From the human T2T-CHM13v2.0 reference genome, Homo sapiens, in assembly GCF_009914755.1 (NCBI RefSeq), contig NC_060946.1: a stretch of DNA of 64,000 bases; one strand, 5' to 3'. Position numbers and translations under genes: made by a program. This document shows positions 63,801 to 64,000 of the stretch, one piece after another. The notes beneath the pieces were generated by a model. That model did no database searches, was not told where the DNA came from, and saw only the letters and a program-made list of their open reading frames with translations. Positions within the stretch are counted from its first letter, which is position 1. Every line of letters starts with the position of its first letter.

Positions 63801-64000
63801 CTGTAGAAAAAATATCAAAGTACCCAAAGCAAGTATTATATACTGAACATAAAAGATGAAAGTACATCAAATATATATTTTATTCTGTACATAAAATATC
63901 AAAGTACACAAGATATATATTTTATAGTGTACATAAAATATCAAGGTACCCAAACTATACATTATATACTGTACATAAAATATGAAATTACATCAAATAT
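60801..64000 (+). repeat. Transition zone and second subfamily-B domain
   Basis: The last 5-bp-deleted unit is at ~60690. Intermediate variants (TACACCAAAT, TACACGCAAT) follow, then B markers from ~62100: ATTTTATAGTG, GATTATTAA at ~62952 and ~63330, and AAAGATGAAAG at ~62760 and ~63516. Confidence 0.75.

Larger units (their letters stand above)
1..64000 (+). repeat. HSat1A (classical satellite I / SAR) tandem array: 42-bp monomers in a 378-bp 9-mer HOR
   Basis: A monomer such as GTACATAAAATATCAAA (17 bp) + GTACCCAAACTATACATTATATACT (25 bp) repeats across the entire window. Nine distinguishable monomer types recur in fixed order every 378 bp (e.g. ORF starts 12859 and 13237). The 17+25 RsaI subunits, 42-bp unit and 378-bp 9-mer are the established hallmarks of human satellite I/HSat1A. 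The family was recognised from these features, not from a database search. Confidence 0.95.

Noticed and set aside
514-63806. Over a hundred ORFs encoding YILYIKYQST-type repeat proteins (longest 39210-40964)
   Set aside because: They follow directly from a 42-bp (14-codon) satellite. Starts and stops track SNVs and indels, frameshifting 5-bp deletions have been amplified, and there is no unique sequence or gene structure.
1-64000. CRISPR-like alternation of a conserved motif (TATACTGTACATAAAATAT) with variable segments
   Set aside because: The variable parts are homologous to each other and cycle every nine monomers. There are no unique spacers, leader or cas genes.
1-64000. Alpha satellite, CENP-B boxes, HSat2/3 or HSat1B
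   Set aside because: I saw no 171-bp unit, CENP-B box, CATTC repeats, Alu-derived segment or 2.4-kb unit.
1-64000. Embedded transposons, inversions or unique insertions
   Set aside because: On reading, every segment fits the 42-bp monomer in the same orientation. Very short insertions could have been missed by eye.
1-64000. TATA-box-like motifs and short palindromes (TGTACA, GTAC, TATATA) as promoters or hairpins
   Set aside because: They are intrinsic to every AT-rich monomer, and nothing supports a regulatory role at any given site.
1-64000. Assignment to a specific chromosome or species
   Set aside because: HSat1A occurs on several human chromosomes and has relatives in apes. Placement needs alignment to assemblies.

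Overview
The whole 64 kb is one uninterrupted, single-orientation array of AT-rich tandem satellite DNA. Its structure matches human/primate classical satellite I, i.e. HSat1A (Repbase SAR). The 42-bp monomer is built from alternating 17-bp and 25-bp GTAC (RsaI)-delimited subunits, and nine monomers form a 378-bp higher-order repeat (HOR). I found no genes, RNA genes, transposons, CRISPR arrays or inversions. All listed ORFs are artefacts of a 42-bp (14-codon) repeat with one mostly stop-free frame. I found no new coding system; the informative signal is the array's internal architecture. It includes a 373-bp HOR variant (5-bp deletion), a 1129-bp trimeric super-HOR nested in a 3387-bp repeat, and two HOR subfamilies in separate domains (B at about 10.2-18.9 kb and 62-64 kb, plus a ~600-bp B island at 27.3-27.9 kb). 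It also has truncated 5-, 6- and 8-mer HORs and many recent 0.4-5 kb duplications. Offsets were counted by hand from diagnostic variants and ORF coordinates, so boundaries are approximate.
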